From NCBI GenBank assembly GCA_048128005.1, contig JBEUKZ010000100.1:372001-436000 (forward strand): DNA of 64,000 nt. Reading direction: 5' to 3'. The translations under genes were made by a program, and so were the position numbers. The notes beneath the pieces were generated by a model. It was not told the DNA's origin and did no database searches. It saw nothing but the letters and a program-made list of their open reading frames with translations. Source of the DNA: Veleropilina oligotropha (taxonomy: Eukaryota). Position 1 is the stretch's first letter. Each line of letters starts with the position of its first letter. Positions 44,701 to 59,700 of this stretch are shown here, piece after piece.

Positions 44701-47700
44701 TTCAATGCATATATTTAATACTATTATTATGATATTGTAACATTAAAATAATGGACTGGTGAGAAACTTCTGCGACATTGGTGCAAATCCGCTTGATGCG
44801 AATTCATATTGGGACGGAACTTCCAGTTATGGCTTCAAATGCAACCGATCAGGCAAAAATAATGCCTATGACAGAAGCGATTATCTAATAATTGGAATAC
44901 TTTAAACTGCATTTAACTTGCGAATGATGAAATGAGTAGGTGATAAATACACACAGTACTTCATTTGTAATTTTATTTCAAATGTAAATTACGTAACGAA
45001 GCGGAATCAATATCTTTAAATAAAGAATGTATTATTATTATTAAAGTTGTGATTGATCACATTTTATTTACTGCTTTGCTGTAATGGCATGATGAGACCC
45101 AGAATAATGAATTGTATTTCTTGCATCTTACCTGTCTTAGTTGCTACATATATCACGTTTTGCTTTTGTGAAAGGCGCTGTCATCATAAAACTAGAAATA
45201 GGTTCCCCGGAACATGGATATGCCCCGGGATGAAGACACCGGATGCCGCACTTTGCCAATAGCTTTATGACTATCAAACACGTATTTAAATCTTTAAACT
45301 TTAACCAAAAACAACAACCAAAATTTCGAAGTTCAAAAACATCAATTTTAGACAATTTTATATTAAATTCCATTCCATATCAGTGCCAGAGTATCAGGTG
45401 GCATCCATATAACCATTACCAATGCATATGGATGCAAAAAGAGGGCCTAGAGAAAGCCATATTCATCCAATTGAAAACTTTAACCCAAAACTTGATACAA
45501 ATTTTCAAAGAACAAAAACACCAATTTGAGTCATTATTTTATTAAATTCCATTTGACATCAGTGCCAGAGTATCCGGTGACATCCATATAACCATTACCA
45601 ATGCATAAGGATGCAAAATGTGCCTTGAGTAAGTCATATTCGTCCAATTGTCCAAGAACACCAATTTCAGGCATTAATTATATTAAATTCCATTCAACAT
45701 CAGTATCAGCAGGCATCTATATGTGCATTACCAATGCACATGTATGCAAAGAAGAGCCTTAAGCAACACATATGCGACCATTGAAAAACTTTAACCGAAA
45801 ACTATAACCAAAATTTGTATGTCCACAAACACAAATTTCAGACATTATTTATTTTAAATTCCATTCAATATCAGTGTTAGAGTACAGTATCAGGTGACAT
45901 CCATATAACCATTATCAATGCATATTTAAGAAAATAATAGCATTGAGCAACCCATATGCGCCCAATAAAAAACTTTAACCAAAACTTTACCCAAAATTTC
46001 TATGTCCAAGAACACTAATTTCAGGCATTAATTATATTAAATTCCATTCAATATCAGTGCCATTGTATCAACAGGCATCCATATCACCTCTACCAATGCA
46101 CATGTATGCAAAGAAGAGCCTTAAGCAACCATATAAGCCCAATGAAAAACTTTAACCGAAAACTTTAACCAAAATGTCATGTCCAAAAACACCAATTTAT
46201 ATTAAATTCCATTCAATATCAGTGCCACAGTATCAGTTGGCATCCACATAACCATTATCAATGCATATTTAAGCAAATAAGAGCCTTGAGCAACCCGTAT
46301 ATGTCCAATGAAAAACTTTAACCAAATGTTTTACCATAATTTCTATGTCCAAGAACACCAATTTCAGGCATTAATTATATGAAATTCCATTCAATATCCA
46401 GGTCGGAGTATTACCAGGCATCCATATAACCATTGCCATTGCATATGCATGCAAAAAAGTGCCTTCCACAACCCATATACTCAATGAACAACTTTAACCA
46501 AATCCGCACACACACACACAGATGCAGTGAAAGCAATATGCCCTTTGGGACTATCATCCCAGGGCATAATTACTGCCAGAGTATCAGGTGACATCCATAC
46601 AACCAATAACTAAGCATATATATGCCAAAAATTGCCTTGAGCAAACCATATACACTTGATGAAATACTTTAACTTAAAGTTCACCTAAATTTCTATGTCC
46701 CAAAAGACCACCATATTTCCATTAATTATAATAAAATTTATTCCATATTACTGCCAGAGTATCAGGTGGCATCCATACAACCAATAACAAAGCATATATA
46801 TGTCAAAAAATGCCTTGAGCAAGCCATATTAAATACACTTGATGACAAACTTTAACCGAAAGTTCACCTAAATTTCTATGTACAAAAAGACCACCATATT
46901 TCCATTAATTATATTAAAATTTAATCAATATCACTGCCAGAATATCAGGTAATATCCATACAACCAATAACAAAGCATATATATGCCTAAAAGTGCCTTG
47001 AGCAAGCCATATATATACACTTGATGAAAAACTTTAACCAAAAACTATAACATAAAATTTGCCGAAGTTTCTATGTCCCAAAAGACCACTATATTTCCAT
47101 TAATTATAATAACATTTATTCAATATCACCGCCAGAGTATCAGGTGACATCCATACAACCAATAACAAAGCATATATATGCCAAAAAGAGCCTTGAGCAA
47201 GCCATATACACTTGATGAAAATCTTTAACCAAATCCGGACACACACACAGACACACAGGTGCAGTGATAGCAATATGCCCTTCGGGACTATCGACCCAGG
47301 CATAATTACTATCACAAACTGATTATGTGGTCAGTGAGAATCTGTGAAGCTGGACTGAAGGCATATATAGAACTACCGAAGTGCTATTAAGTTATACTTA
47401 CACAATATGGCAGTGTTTTGTGCCTGTACAGAACAAACTCGCCTTCAAAATAGTTGTTGTAATAACTGAAAAGAAATATAACAGCCTTTTTATTGGAAAA
47501 GCTTCATTAGTCAAGTGTCCAAAGCAGGAAATTAAAAAATGAAACACTGCAATTTATCAATTGATTTGTGTCCAACGGCAGAGTTATTTATGATTGCCAA
47601 AGATCGACACTATCTTCATCGCCGATTATGTCGCTACAATTCACCACTCAATGTTGATGGATTGATCATGCTTGCAAATTGTTCAATATACACGGATGAG

Positions 47701-50700
47701 AATGGCAAAAGTTATTTTCAGAAAATCCAAACCTGGAGGGCCGAAGGCCCGACGAGGGAGAGCACGAGAGTGTAAGGAAATTTAAAAATCTAGAATGCTG
47801 GAGAGAGCATTTCAGGCATTTTCAGAGTCAATTTATGTCTTAAAATTTTGCCATATTATCTGCATATATTACTATAATAGTAGTGACACAATATGAAGTA
47901 CTAAACATTTTCTTTTACAGTGTTACATCTTATGACAGTTGTTGTGTGATCCAAAAAATTTCAAGTAGCTAGAGTACCGCGGTAGTCCCCAAGTAATATT
48001 ATAAAAGACTAGAAAAACGTTGTGGCAGGCCACAAGAATGCCCGTGTGGTGGCTTAATATGTTATACTAAATTCCATAAATAAACTGCCAGAGTAAAAGG
48101 TGGCTAACAACAAAGCTCATCAAACAGAATGCAAATCTCTTGAAACAAACGAAATTTGAATCAAATTGGTTGAGAACTTTTCACTGTATATATAGCGCAC
48201 ACAAGAAATTTCTTCAAAACAAAATGGCCACCACGGTGGCCATCTTGAATCCGAAAACGACGAATATCGTTAGACGGCGTGTCCTCATAATAACTAACAT
48301 CGGATTCCATACCGAATTTGAATGAGATCGGATAAGACCTTTCCACTATAGGGCGCACACAATAAAACTCTTCAAAACAAAATGGCCACCATGGCGGTCA
48401 TCTTGAATAAAAACGACTAAAATTGTTAGGTGGCAATAGGCATGTCCTAATCTTAACTCATCAACATGCACACCGAATTTGAATCCAATAGGATTAGAAT
48501 TTTTCATTGTAAAGTGCACACAAGAAATCTATTCAAAACAAAATGGCTGCCAGGGCGGCCATCTTGAATCCGAAAATGGTGTAAATCGATCATCATACCA
48601 AAAGTGTATATCTAATTTGAATGAAATAGGATAAGAACTTTTCACTATAGAGCTCACAGAAGATATACCTTCAAAATAAAACAAAATGGCCACCACGGTG
48701 GCCATCTTGAATCCGAAAATGACGAAAATCATTAGGCGGCGTGTCCTCATCATAACGAACGTTCATACCAAATTTGAATGAAATCGGAATAGAACTTTTC
48801 ACTATAGAGCTGATACAAGAAATATCTTCAAAATAAAATGGCCACCACGGCGGCCATGTTGAATCTGAAAATGACGAAAATCGTTAGACGGCATGTTCTC
48901 ATCATAATGAAAGTGCATTACGAATTTGAATCAAATCGGAATAGAACTCTTCACTGTAGAACGGACACAAGAAATATATTCCAAAAAATGACCATGATGG
49001 CGGCCATCTTGAATCCGAAAACGATGAAAATCGTATGGCGGCGTGTCCTCATCATAACAAATGTGCATACTGAATTTGAATGAAATCTGATAAGAATTAT
49101 TCAATGTAGAGCAGACATAAGAAATATCTTCAAAACAAAATGGACACCACGGCGGCCATCTTGAATCTGAAAATGGCAAAAATCATTAGGCGGCGTATCA
49201 TCATCATAACTAACGTTCATACCAAATTTGAATGAAATCGGAAAAGAACTTTTCACTATAGAGCTCACACAAGAATATCTTCAAAACAAAATGGCCACCA
49301 CGGCGACCATCTTGACTCCGAAAACGACAAATATCGGTACGCGGTGTGTCCTCATCATAATGAACGTGCATACCGAATTTGAATCAAATCTGAATAGAAG
49401 TCTTCACTGTAGAGCGGATACAAGAAATATCTTCCAAACAAAATGGCCACCACGGCGGCCATCTTGAATCTGAAAACGACGAAAATCGTTAGTCGGTGTG
49501 TCCACATCATAACGAACGTGCATACCGAATTTGAAATGAAATCGGAATAGAACTCTTCACTGTAGAGCACATATAATAAATTTCTTCAAAACAAAATGGC
49601 CGCCACAGTGGCCATTTTGAATCTGAAAACGACGAAAATCATTAGTCGGCGTGTCCACATCATAACGAACTTGCATACCCAATTTGAATGAAATCGGATT
49701 AGAACTCTTCACTGTAGAGCACACACAAGAAATTTCTTCAAAACAAAATGGACGCCGCGGTGGCCATTTTGAATCAGAAAACGACGAAAATCGTTAGGCG
49801 GCGTGTCCTCATGAAAACTAACTTGCATACCGAATTTGAATCAAATCGGATAGAACTGTTCACTGTAGAGCAGACACAAATAAACTTTAACCTAAAATTC
49901 ACCTAAACTTCTATGTCCAAAGAGACCATCCATCATATTTTCATTAATTATATAAAATTGTATTAAATATCAGATGATATCCATAACCTATAACAAAGCA
50001 TACATACACTAAAAAGTCGCTTGGACAACCCATATACACTCAACAAAAACTTTAACCAAATTGTTGATGTCAGACGGTACAGAAACAATACGCCCTTTCG
50101 CCTTCGGCGCGGGCATAAAAATTATAGGAGCAATCATTTAAATATTGCGATGTACAATAAAGTGTTTTGAGCCACATTTTTTAGAATTTAAAATACTAGT
50201 ATACTTATATTATCTTCAGTGTCAGACTATGGGTGTTTAAACGCCGATCCCAGGGAATAATTTGTTCGTGTTATCGAAACTTTTTTTTATGGTTTCTGCC
50301 TTTCGTGGCATGTTCTAATAATGTCACACAGCCGCGAGAACCGTAGGTCTCATGTGACACATTTCGCAATGTAATCCGATAATTTTTCAACAACTTCATC
50401 CATGTTGTGTCCGATTTTGACACTTAACTGGTCTAACCATGACCAGGGAAATTTGTTTCGAACATCTTTGTCAATTACTTTCACTATCGCTTTGGTTCCC
50501 TCAAAATATGTATGTCGCCCGGAAATATACGAAACGATACGATCGTCGAAAAACTAAAGGGTCAGAAATCCCGAAAATATCCGAACGTTTCCGAGTTTAA
50601 ATCAGCATTTACATAATATTATGGTAGTGAATAAATAGTATGCGTCAAATAACGGGTTAGTACCAAGTCAAAACGGCTAACTGCTAATAAATGCAGTTGG

Positions 50701-53700
50701 TATCTGAATTGAAGGTGGGTCGTTTCTAAGAAAATACAAGATATATATTATCTTTATACTACTGAAGTAATTTTTTAAATATCTCATCGGATTTGGACGT
50801 TTCACAATATCGACCCTGAGCGCGGAAAATTCTCATCCCTGAATATATGGACAATAGCAGTATAAAACGCGTTCACTTAAAATAAATTCACAACAATTAC
50901 ATGTATGAACAAGACGTGTTTGCCACTAAAGTGGCATTTGTCACCCACCTATGTTAATAAGCGCATCTATGATGCCAAAATGAACGCATCGGTCGAGAGC
51001 ATCCTGTAACCGGAAAAATGGGGTGAAACAAGGTCTATAATATATAGAACCACAGGGTTTAATCTGCCTCATAATTATCTCTAGCGATTTGGTTAATTTG
51101 TCTCAAAAGTCTGTAGCCAAATATCAAAATTCATTATCCAAATAAAATATTGACAAAACACATTTTCAGATCGCATAATATTACGTCATATTTATTTAAC
51201 GTTTTTACATGAGTGCAATATCGTATAATCTGTACAATATTCATTATATAATATTCAGGGGTCGAAATATCTGGATATTCATACTATTCTTACTAACAGC
51301 TGCCAGCGAGACCTGTTAGCTTTACATCTAAAAGGTCTTCTTAAAGTGATAACCAACCCAAATATATAAACTTTTGTATTGGATGTAATATTGCTTTAAC
51401 TTTTTATTACCTGAAAAATTAAGCTAAATATTTCGTCATTTAGATTATGATGTAGATTACCCACTACAGACGACAACATGGCGGAGTCCAGGCCAGGAAG
51501 GGATAAATTATATAAATCGGGGATTTTTCAAATTTAAAAAATATTGAACTTTTATTTGTATGTAATAAAAGTTAAATCAATATTAGAACCAATACAAAAG
51601 TGTATGTATGCGGGTTATTACTTTAATAGTTAACAGGTCCCGGTCTTGAGCTTCATTATTTTTATTTTGCAATATTATTGTATAATGGCATATGTAGTAC
51701 GTATAATAAATTAAGTATTATTTTTTACAGAAATATATTACTGTTATATATTATATGTATATATATAATATTATAATAGTTAACTTTTATTTGTACCCAT
51801 TTTATTTGTATTTGTACCCATTATTAATACATGATATCATAATATAAATATATGCATAAAGATATATGCATATTAAAACCATTTTAATCAAGATTACACT
51901 AACGTGTGATATATCGTTAAACGTATCTTTTACTGTTTGTTGTCAGTTGACAAAATTATATCAATTGGATTTTACTTGAAAACGAGACTATAGCTACTTT
52001 GGCTAATGCGCTGAGCACTTTAAAAGCATACGAACTGCGGAACTAGCTTACTTGTGGACTGATACTCGCGAAGCATACACGCGACATTCTGGCGATTTCC
52101 ATATAACGTTAAAACAGTATTGCCGTAAAGAGACGACATATATGCCAAATTAATCTTCGGCATATTCATTTTACCTCGACCAATCAGCATTTGTCATTTA
52201 TTTATATGCACATATTGAAAGTGTCAGCTTCGGATAAAACGCCACTTTTGAATGGCCTTACAAAAAAAGGAATTTTTGCAATTTGTGGTATATTTTTAAA
52301 AAAGTTGATGGTTTTCACAAATAAAAGAATTAAATAAGTGCTGGCCGTCTAGACACCCAAACTAATAGGTGCAAAGCAAAAGTAGCGACGACACGATGAC
52401 AACAGATCGTTTCAGAAGTTATAAAATTCTGCGCGCTCAAAGTTCTGCATCAACAATCTGTTCACACAAGTGCTCTTTGTTACAGGCGTGCTCGACAAAT
52501 AAATTTGCTATATGAAATAGTTTTCATAAAATTATGCGATTATTACACCGCATTTGAGCATTTTAATGAAAAATAATGAACAGGTATAATTTTAATATTA
52601 TCTAAATTTGCATTCACTGTTTGGTGAATTGGTAATAACAAAAATTAACCAAATGAGACTTTCTTTCGCATTTGACGATTTGTCGAACGACAGATTAAAC
52701 CCTAGCACCAAATATAATTAAAATAGGTTGATTCTGTCTTGAGATATCCCGCTAACAACTGACTGAGCGAGAAAGTAAACTGCACCCTGTGACTTTGAAG
52801 GTGAGGTCTGGTGTCGGCGGTTTCCCCTAATGTATCTATCCACCAAATATAAATAAAATTGATTAATTCTGTCTTGAGATATCGAACTAACAATTAAATG
52901 AGCGAAATAGTCAAGTGCACCCTGTGACCTTGAAAATGAGGTCAAGGTCACCATAATCGACTGGTGTTGGTGGTATCCCCCAATACATCTATCCACCAAA
53001 TATAAATGAAATAGGTTCAAGCAGTCTTGAGATATCGTACTAACAAGGTCCTACGGAAGGACGGGATGGACGAACGGAGCCGAATACTATAATCCCCCGT
53101 TTCGCTTGCGACGAGGGACTAGTTAGGCTAGCTCTAAACTAGAAGCTCTTCTACAGCTTCAGCTGTATGTTACAAACATTTACGTAAAGGTTAATCCGTG
53201 GCGCACTAAATAACCACCAAAAACTTGCTTGAGATCAGATAAGAAATAACTATGGAAGGTGTTGATAATAATTATAAATGAATAATTTTGTCAGCAGAAC
53301 CTACCTGCCATCGAATGTGGTCATATGTGGGTCATTCACAGATATCGCCATAGCACTACGGTCCATGTCGACAACAGTTAGCTGAAAAGCAACAAAGAAA
53401 AGTATAGGTTATACCACGAGGTTTGGTTTTAAATATATGATTTTAGTAACTTAATACACCCATTTTTATTGTAAGAAAGTAGTCCCTCGTAGTAAGACCA
53501 TGGGCCAAGACAATAGAATGACGTTACAAAATGGTTTAATAATAAATAAACCTCTACAAAATTTACCATGTAGTGTATTTAATGTGGGTTTTACATTGGT
53601 GGATGGAGAGGTTCTGTTTATACCCCAGTCACAGTGATTTTCTTTACAAAAAGATCTGTTATAAGTCTATATTTATGCCTAGGGTCACCCAAAGTACCAT

Positions 53701-56700
53701 GCTAGCACTAAGCCATCGTGTACCTGCCATATTTTAGTAGCAACATCCATTATTACCGTTTTGGCAAAATTCTTGCGATTTGATTGGCTTAGCACTAGGA
53801 CATGTTGCTCTATACAAGGAATTTATATGCTAACCAGCAATATGGTCTCGTATTTCCCACAGTGTAAAATAACCTATCAGCGACAGGATCTTAATATACA
53901 AAGCCAATGATGTCGCTTGTACTACAAAGGAGCAACAAAATATGGCGCATAGGTAGCTTCTCATGAGATATTTCCTATTAAAACTTAAGTAAGCTTTATC
54001 TGTCCTCGATAGCTCAACTGGTAGAGCATCGGAAAAACATTAAGTGGAACGGTAGGATGTGGGTTCAAACCCCCGCTCCGGCGTGGCTAATTCTAACGCT
54101 TAAACATGTAAAAGGCATTTCCCTAATGTAGGCCTAAACGGTAATAAATTTGTTATGCGTGTTTCTGGCAGTTAATAACGTATGACATTACCGTTTTGGA
54201 TTTTGTATTTCTTTTGGCTGGTGCCTTAGGAAATAGAGAATCGAAATGGTAATATCATACCATATTACCTGCATAACTAATAGTGTTACTTTCTTCATTG
54301 TTCTACGTTTCCAACACAATTCAAGACAGGAATATGGTTGGATAATAAATAGTAAATATAGATTTACTTCCTTTGAAACAAAAAATTGCGAAACAATTAC
54401 GTAATTGTTTCGCAATTTTTTGTTTCACAGTATGTAAATCTATATTTACTATTTATTAGGGTATTGCAATCGGTTCCGTATGTATGATCCGATTTACTTG
54501 AAATTTTCACACAAGATAGGGTGTCTCCATGTTTAGAAATATTGATCGTAGATATTTCTGACTTTCACCATAGTCTTTCTTGGCCCGGGGCGAGGGTTTG
54601 CAATCTCCTCTGATTGCCCTTGTTATCCATGTGATTCTTGAAACCATGAACAATTTATTATGGTTGTATTGGTGGATAAAATGATTTCATCCATATTAAA
54701 CTACTGAAGTCTTCAAATCACATTTATTGACATACTTATCCACTGGATTACCATGGTAGTTCATGTACTACTGAGATCTGGATTACCATCATGGTAGTTC
54801 ACGTACTACTGAGATCTGGATTACCATGGTAGTTCACTTACTACTGAGATCTGGATTACCATGGTAGTTCACGTACTACTGAGATCTGGATTACCATGGT
54901 AGTTCACGTACTACTGAGATGAAATTAATCAGACATTGCGATTCAATTCAATATCGCAGCAAAACTTGTTAGATAGCATTACATCCACCTCTGACCCTCG
55001 CTGTGCCGTAATCTACATCAAATATTTGCCACTTACATCAATGGTTTGAATGGTGTCTGTCTGCAGCTCCGTATCACTTTCATAGTCGACGAAAATTTTC
55101 AATTGTGCTGTAGCGTCACCATCAAATTTATTATCATTTGACGCTTTCACGTTAATTTTGTACACATCCATCCAGTTCGTGTTTGTAAATGCAATATCGC
55201 AGGCCTGCGTCACCAAGCTAGCATCCTCCTTCTCTAGAGAAGTGACCACTTGTTGTAATTTAAGACCATCGGGACAGAATCGAGAAGTAGACGTCTCCTC
55301 GATGGTGTGATACACGCGAATGGCACAGTTTTCGCTGACATTGAAATTCCTGCTCAGACAGAGAATCCTGGGCGGTGCCGTCATGGTGACGGTCACGGTT
55401 TCTCCACTCTCGCCTTCACGAAGTTCCATGGTGGATGCGGCTTCAATCTAACAAACAAATTACATGCACATTAGATATTATATTTAATTAAATGTAAATA
55501 TTATAAATAACAATACCATTTTATCAAATACATAATTATATATATACCAATGAAATCTGTTTGTCATTGAACAAACTATCTATCACATTGATTTGGTTTT
55601 CTAAACTGCTCACAAATATCTTGATTTACTGACAACATAAAGAGTGGAGATAACTCTGTGTTGTATGGACGCACCTTCAGTTCAGCAGTAAACGTGTCGC
55701 TGACAGCCAAGACGCCTCGTGTATTTTCGCAGTCGTCGGCATAACATGCACTTACAGCACAGGATATCTATCAGGAAGAACACAATTCAATGAATATGTA
55801 CACAATTATATTTTCGTTTTACTACGTACACAATATAATATCCTCATATCAGCGCCATATTAAAGTATTAAAGCATATATTTTGACTTTGAGAAAAGGAG
55901 TAAATTAACATAATTGAAAATTACGAATTATAGAAATGCCAGAATATAGAAACTTGTCAACATCACTGTGCAGAACTTCTGAAGTCAAAGGTGCCAAAAT
56001 TTCTCGGCATGCACAGGTTTGACCAGATTCATGACAGTGGTGAACAAATGCGCCTGTTCCTGGTGAGGAACCAATTTGCTCATAGGCGACGGCCAATGCA
56101 TGTACTTCCGCTCGCCAGGCTCATTGCATTATGACCACGAGGCCACTATGACACGCATTGACCACGAGGCCACTATGACACGCATTGACCACGAGGCCAC
56201 TATGACACGCATTGACCACGAGGCCACTATGAAACGCATTGACCACGAGGCCACTATGACACGCATTGACCACGAGGCCACTATGAAATGCATTGACCAC
56301 GAGGCCACTATGACACGCATTGACCACGAGGCCACTATGACACGCATTGACCACGAGGCCACTATGACACGCATTGACCACGAGGCCACTATGACACGCA
56401 TTGACCACGAGGCCACTATGAAATGCATTGACCACGAGGCCACTATAACACGCATTGACCACGAGGCCACTATGACACGCATTGACCACGAGGCCACTAT
56501 GACACGCATTGACCACGAGGCCACTATGACACGCATTGACCATGAGGCCACTATGATACGCATTGACCACGAGGCCACTATGACACGCATTGACCATGAG
56601 GCCACTATGACACGCATTGACCACGAGGCCACTATGACATGCATTGACCACGAGGCCACTATGAAACGCATTGACCACGAGGCCACTATGACGTGCAATG

Positions 56701-59700
56701 ACCACGAGGCCACTATGACACACATTGACCACGAGGCCACTATGACACGCATTGACCACGAGGCCACTATGACGCGCATTGACCACGAGGCCACTATGAC
56801 ATGCATTGACCACGAGGCCACTATGAAACGCATTGACCACGAGGCCACTATGACACGCATTGACCACGAGGCCACTATGACACGCATTGACCATGAGGCC
56901 ACTATGACACGCATTGACCACGAGGCCACTATGACACGCATTGACCACGAGGCCACTATGACGCGCATTGACCACGAGGCCACTATGACATGCATTGACC
57001 ACGAGGCCACTATGAAACGCATTGACCACGAGGCCACTATGACACGCATTGACCACGAGGCCACTATGACACGCATTGACCATGAGGCCACTATGACACG
57101 CATTGACCACGAGGCCACTATGACACGCATTGACCACGAGGCCACTATGACGCGCATTGACCACGAGGCCACTATGACACACATTGACCACGAGGCCACT
57201 ATGACACGCATTGACCACGAGGCCACTATGACACACATTGACCACGAGGCCACTATGACACGCATTTCATTAAACGTATATCATGTATGATGTGCCCTTA
57301 GTCCAGTGCCAGATCTACCAAGGATACGTACTCAGCATCGTCAAACAAACTTTAAAGAAAAATGACATTTTAACTTGGTATATTTTTTTACTTCAAATTA
57401 ATAGATTAAACATATTTTCAGTGATTTCTCATGGATATCTTATTGCAAACTGGTTAAATCGATATACAGTGGAACCCACTTAATTGCATATCGCTTAATT
57501 GCATAATCCGGTTATTTGCATATAATCTCTGGGAACAGAATATTTTACTATTATTATCATATGCAAATATTCGGTTAATCGCATGGATAATTATCGACTC
57601 CCGCTTATTTGCATAAGAAATTTTTGACCGCATAATTGACAAAACAATACATAATTAATAATAAAATCGCTTAATTGATCAAAATACTTGCGTATTTCCC
57701 AGTATGTCTTGCTACGCCATCGTAAAGATGTTTATTCAACAGTAACATTCGAAGTTTGAACCATTTCTGCAACCTCGTGGATTCCAAAATAATTTTACTT
57801 CCAGAAAAAGTCGGAACTGAATGTTCGGTAAACATCGTTTCAGTGCAGAAATGTTACGGAAATGAGCGATGTCAGTCGGGGAAATTATCGATCGATACAG
57901 TGAAGAAGACTCAGCGTTGTGTTGGCATCAAAAGGGATATTTGTGTTTGGCTAAATTAGGTCTATAAACGATCGCCTTTGTCTGATTTTTGAAGTTGCGA
58001 AGTCACACACCGTGACACGATAAACGGATTAAAAATCTATTGTCCCGAATCCAAATGACAGACTGTTGAGTTTATATCTGAACGCAAAATCGAAGATTAG
58101 GCTTATGAATCAAAGTAAACGGTGTCGTTACATCTATTCACACGAACAGCACTTAGTTCGCCGATAAATTACATAATTCTAAGACAACAACAACATTTGT
58201 AACAATTAAAACGACTGATCCTACAAAATGAGAAGTATTATCTCCCCTGATCTAGTTTTTGAGAATACGTAGCCTCGTTGCCGCTTGCGAACTATGATGA
58301 TTTAATTATTATTTTAATTTTATATGAACACAACGTCTTATATTGTGTTTTATATCAAATCAGAATATACTGTAATAATTAAATCTCGCCAGAAATAATT
58401 ATTCAATAACTGTAAACAAAAATCGATTCGAGATTAAAACATACGTTAATTTTTCAACATGGCGGCCAATAACGCGACACGTGTTCAGCAGAAGAGAAAC
58501 GTTCTGAAAATGAATTTCCACACCATAGTAATGTATGAAATGTGACGATACGCTTTCGAAGCCTATATCAATTCTACTGAAACAGGCTAATCACCTTCAG
58601 GTCAGAATAACCACAAAATATTGTGTATACAATCCGTATTTATCATTTTATGGAAGGAAAAATACATTCAGTATGATTTACAAATAAATTTATTACCAGA
58701 ACATATTTATAATAAAGAACTGTTTTAAATACAAGTAATTATCGTCCATGATTTCCGGCGAAAAATAATTTCCGACAATTACTGATTTGGTTAAAACGGT
58801 TAAATGCACAATCCGGATAATCGCATAAATAATCGCGACAATCTCGCTATGCAAATAAGCAGGTTCCACTGTACATGTATACACATATAGTAAACAAAGA
58901 AGCTACCTTTGTGCCTGCTGTGATGGCAGCAACAAATTCATCAGGAAGAATATGCGTCGTTATATTATTTGACGCTGGATCTTCATGGATATAAACATAG
59001 TTGAATTTCCATAATGTGTCATACTTTATGACGCGATCTGTGACGTGTAGTGGAATGTAATCACAGGAGAAGCGGTCTTCACCCGTCCTAATGAAATACG
59101 GAGTTATAGTCGCCTTCTCTAAAGCTGGCCCTTTTCGGTCGGAAGGAGCGCCTAAAATATCAAAATGTTCCAAATAATGTAAGTACAAATGTGTATAATA
59201 TTTCTATATTCGTTTACATATAACCGTAGATTTAAATATGATAAGTGCCGAGGCAACTCCATATGACATACAGGGTTAGAATTTAAAAAATAATTTCACC
59301 AATCCATACGGTTTTTACGGAAAGAACCGACGCTGCTAAACGAACCCGGATGTGGGAGAAACTTCCCGCCTTATCGCACATGATTATTGCGGATATCTGC
59401 ATTTTCGGCAAAAATTATCGCTGTGGTATCATTTATTATAGTAAATTTGCACGTGTTTCTTACAAAATGGCACAGTTGTTTTCGTTCGCGAGTCGACGTC
59501 AGATAAAGACAATTGGAACAACAATTGAAAACACATTTTGTTAAGTAGCTATATTACATCTTATATGATTTTAAAAACGTGATCATGAATAAAATTATAT
59601 TTCTACGTATTATATCGAATCTCGACGAAAATGTGCATTCTCATGATCGTAAAAGTTGCCAATCCCAATGGATTTCTACTACGATGTCCTAACAAATCCG

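Noticed and set aside
54002..54086. Functional tRNA gene
   Set aside because: A and B boxes are present but the anticodon arm and acceptor stem do not pair properly.
56076..57290. 404 aa DHEATMTRI-repeat ORF and two long antisense ORFs
   Set aside because: By-products of a 27 bp stop-poor intronic minisatellite; open in three frames, no flanking domain, and not needed by the spliced gene model.
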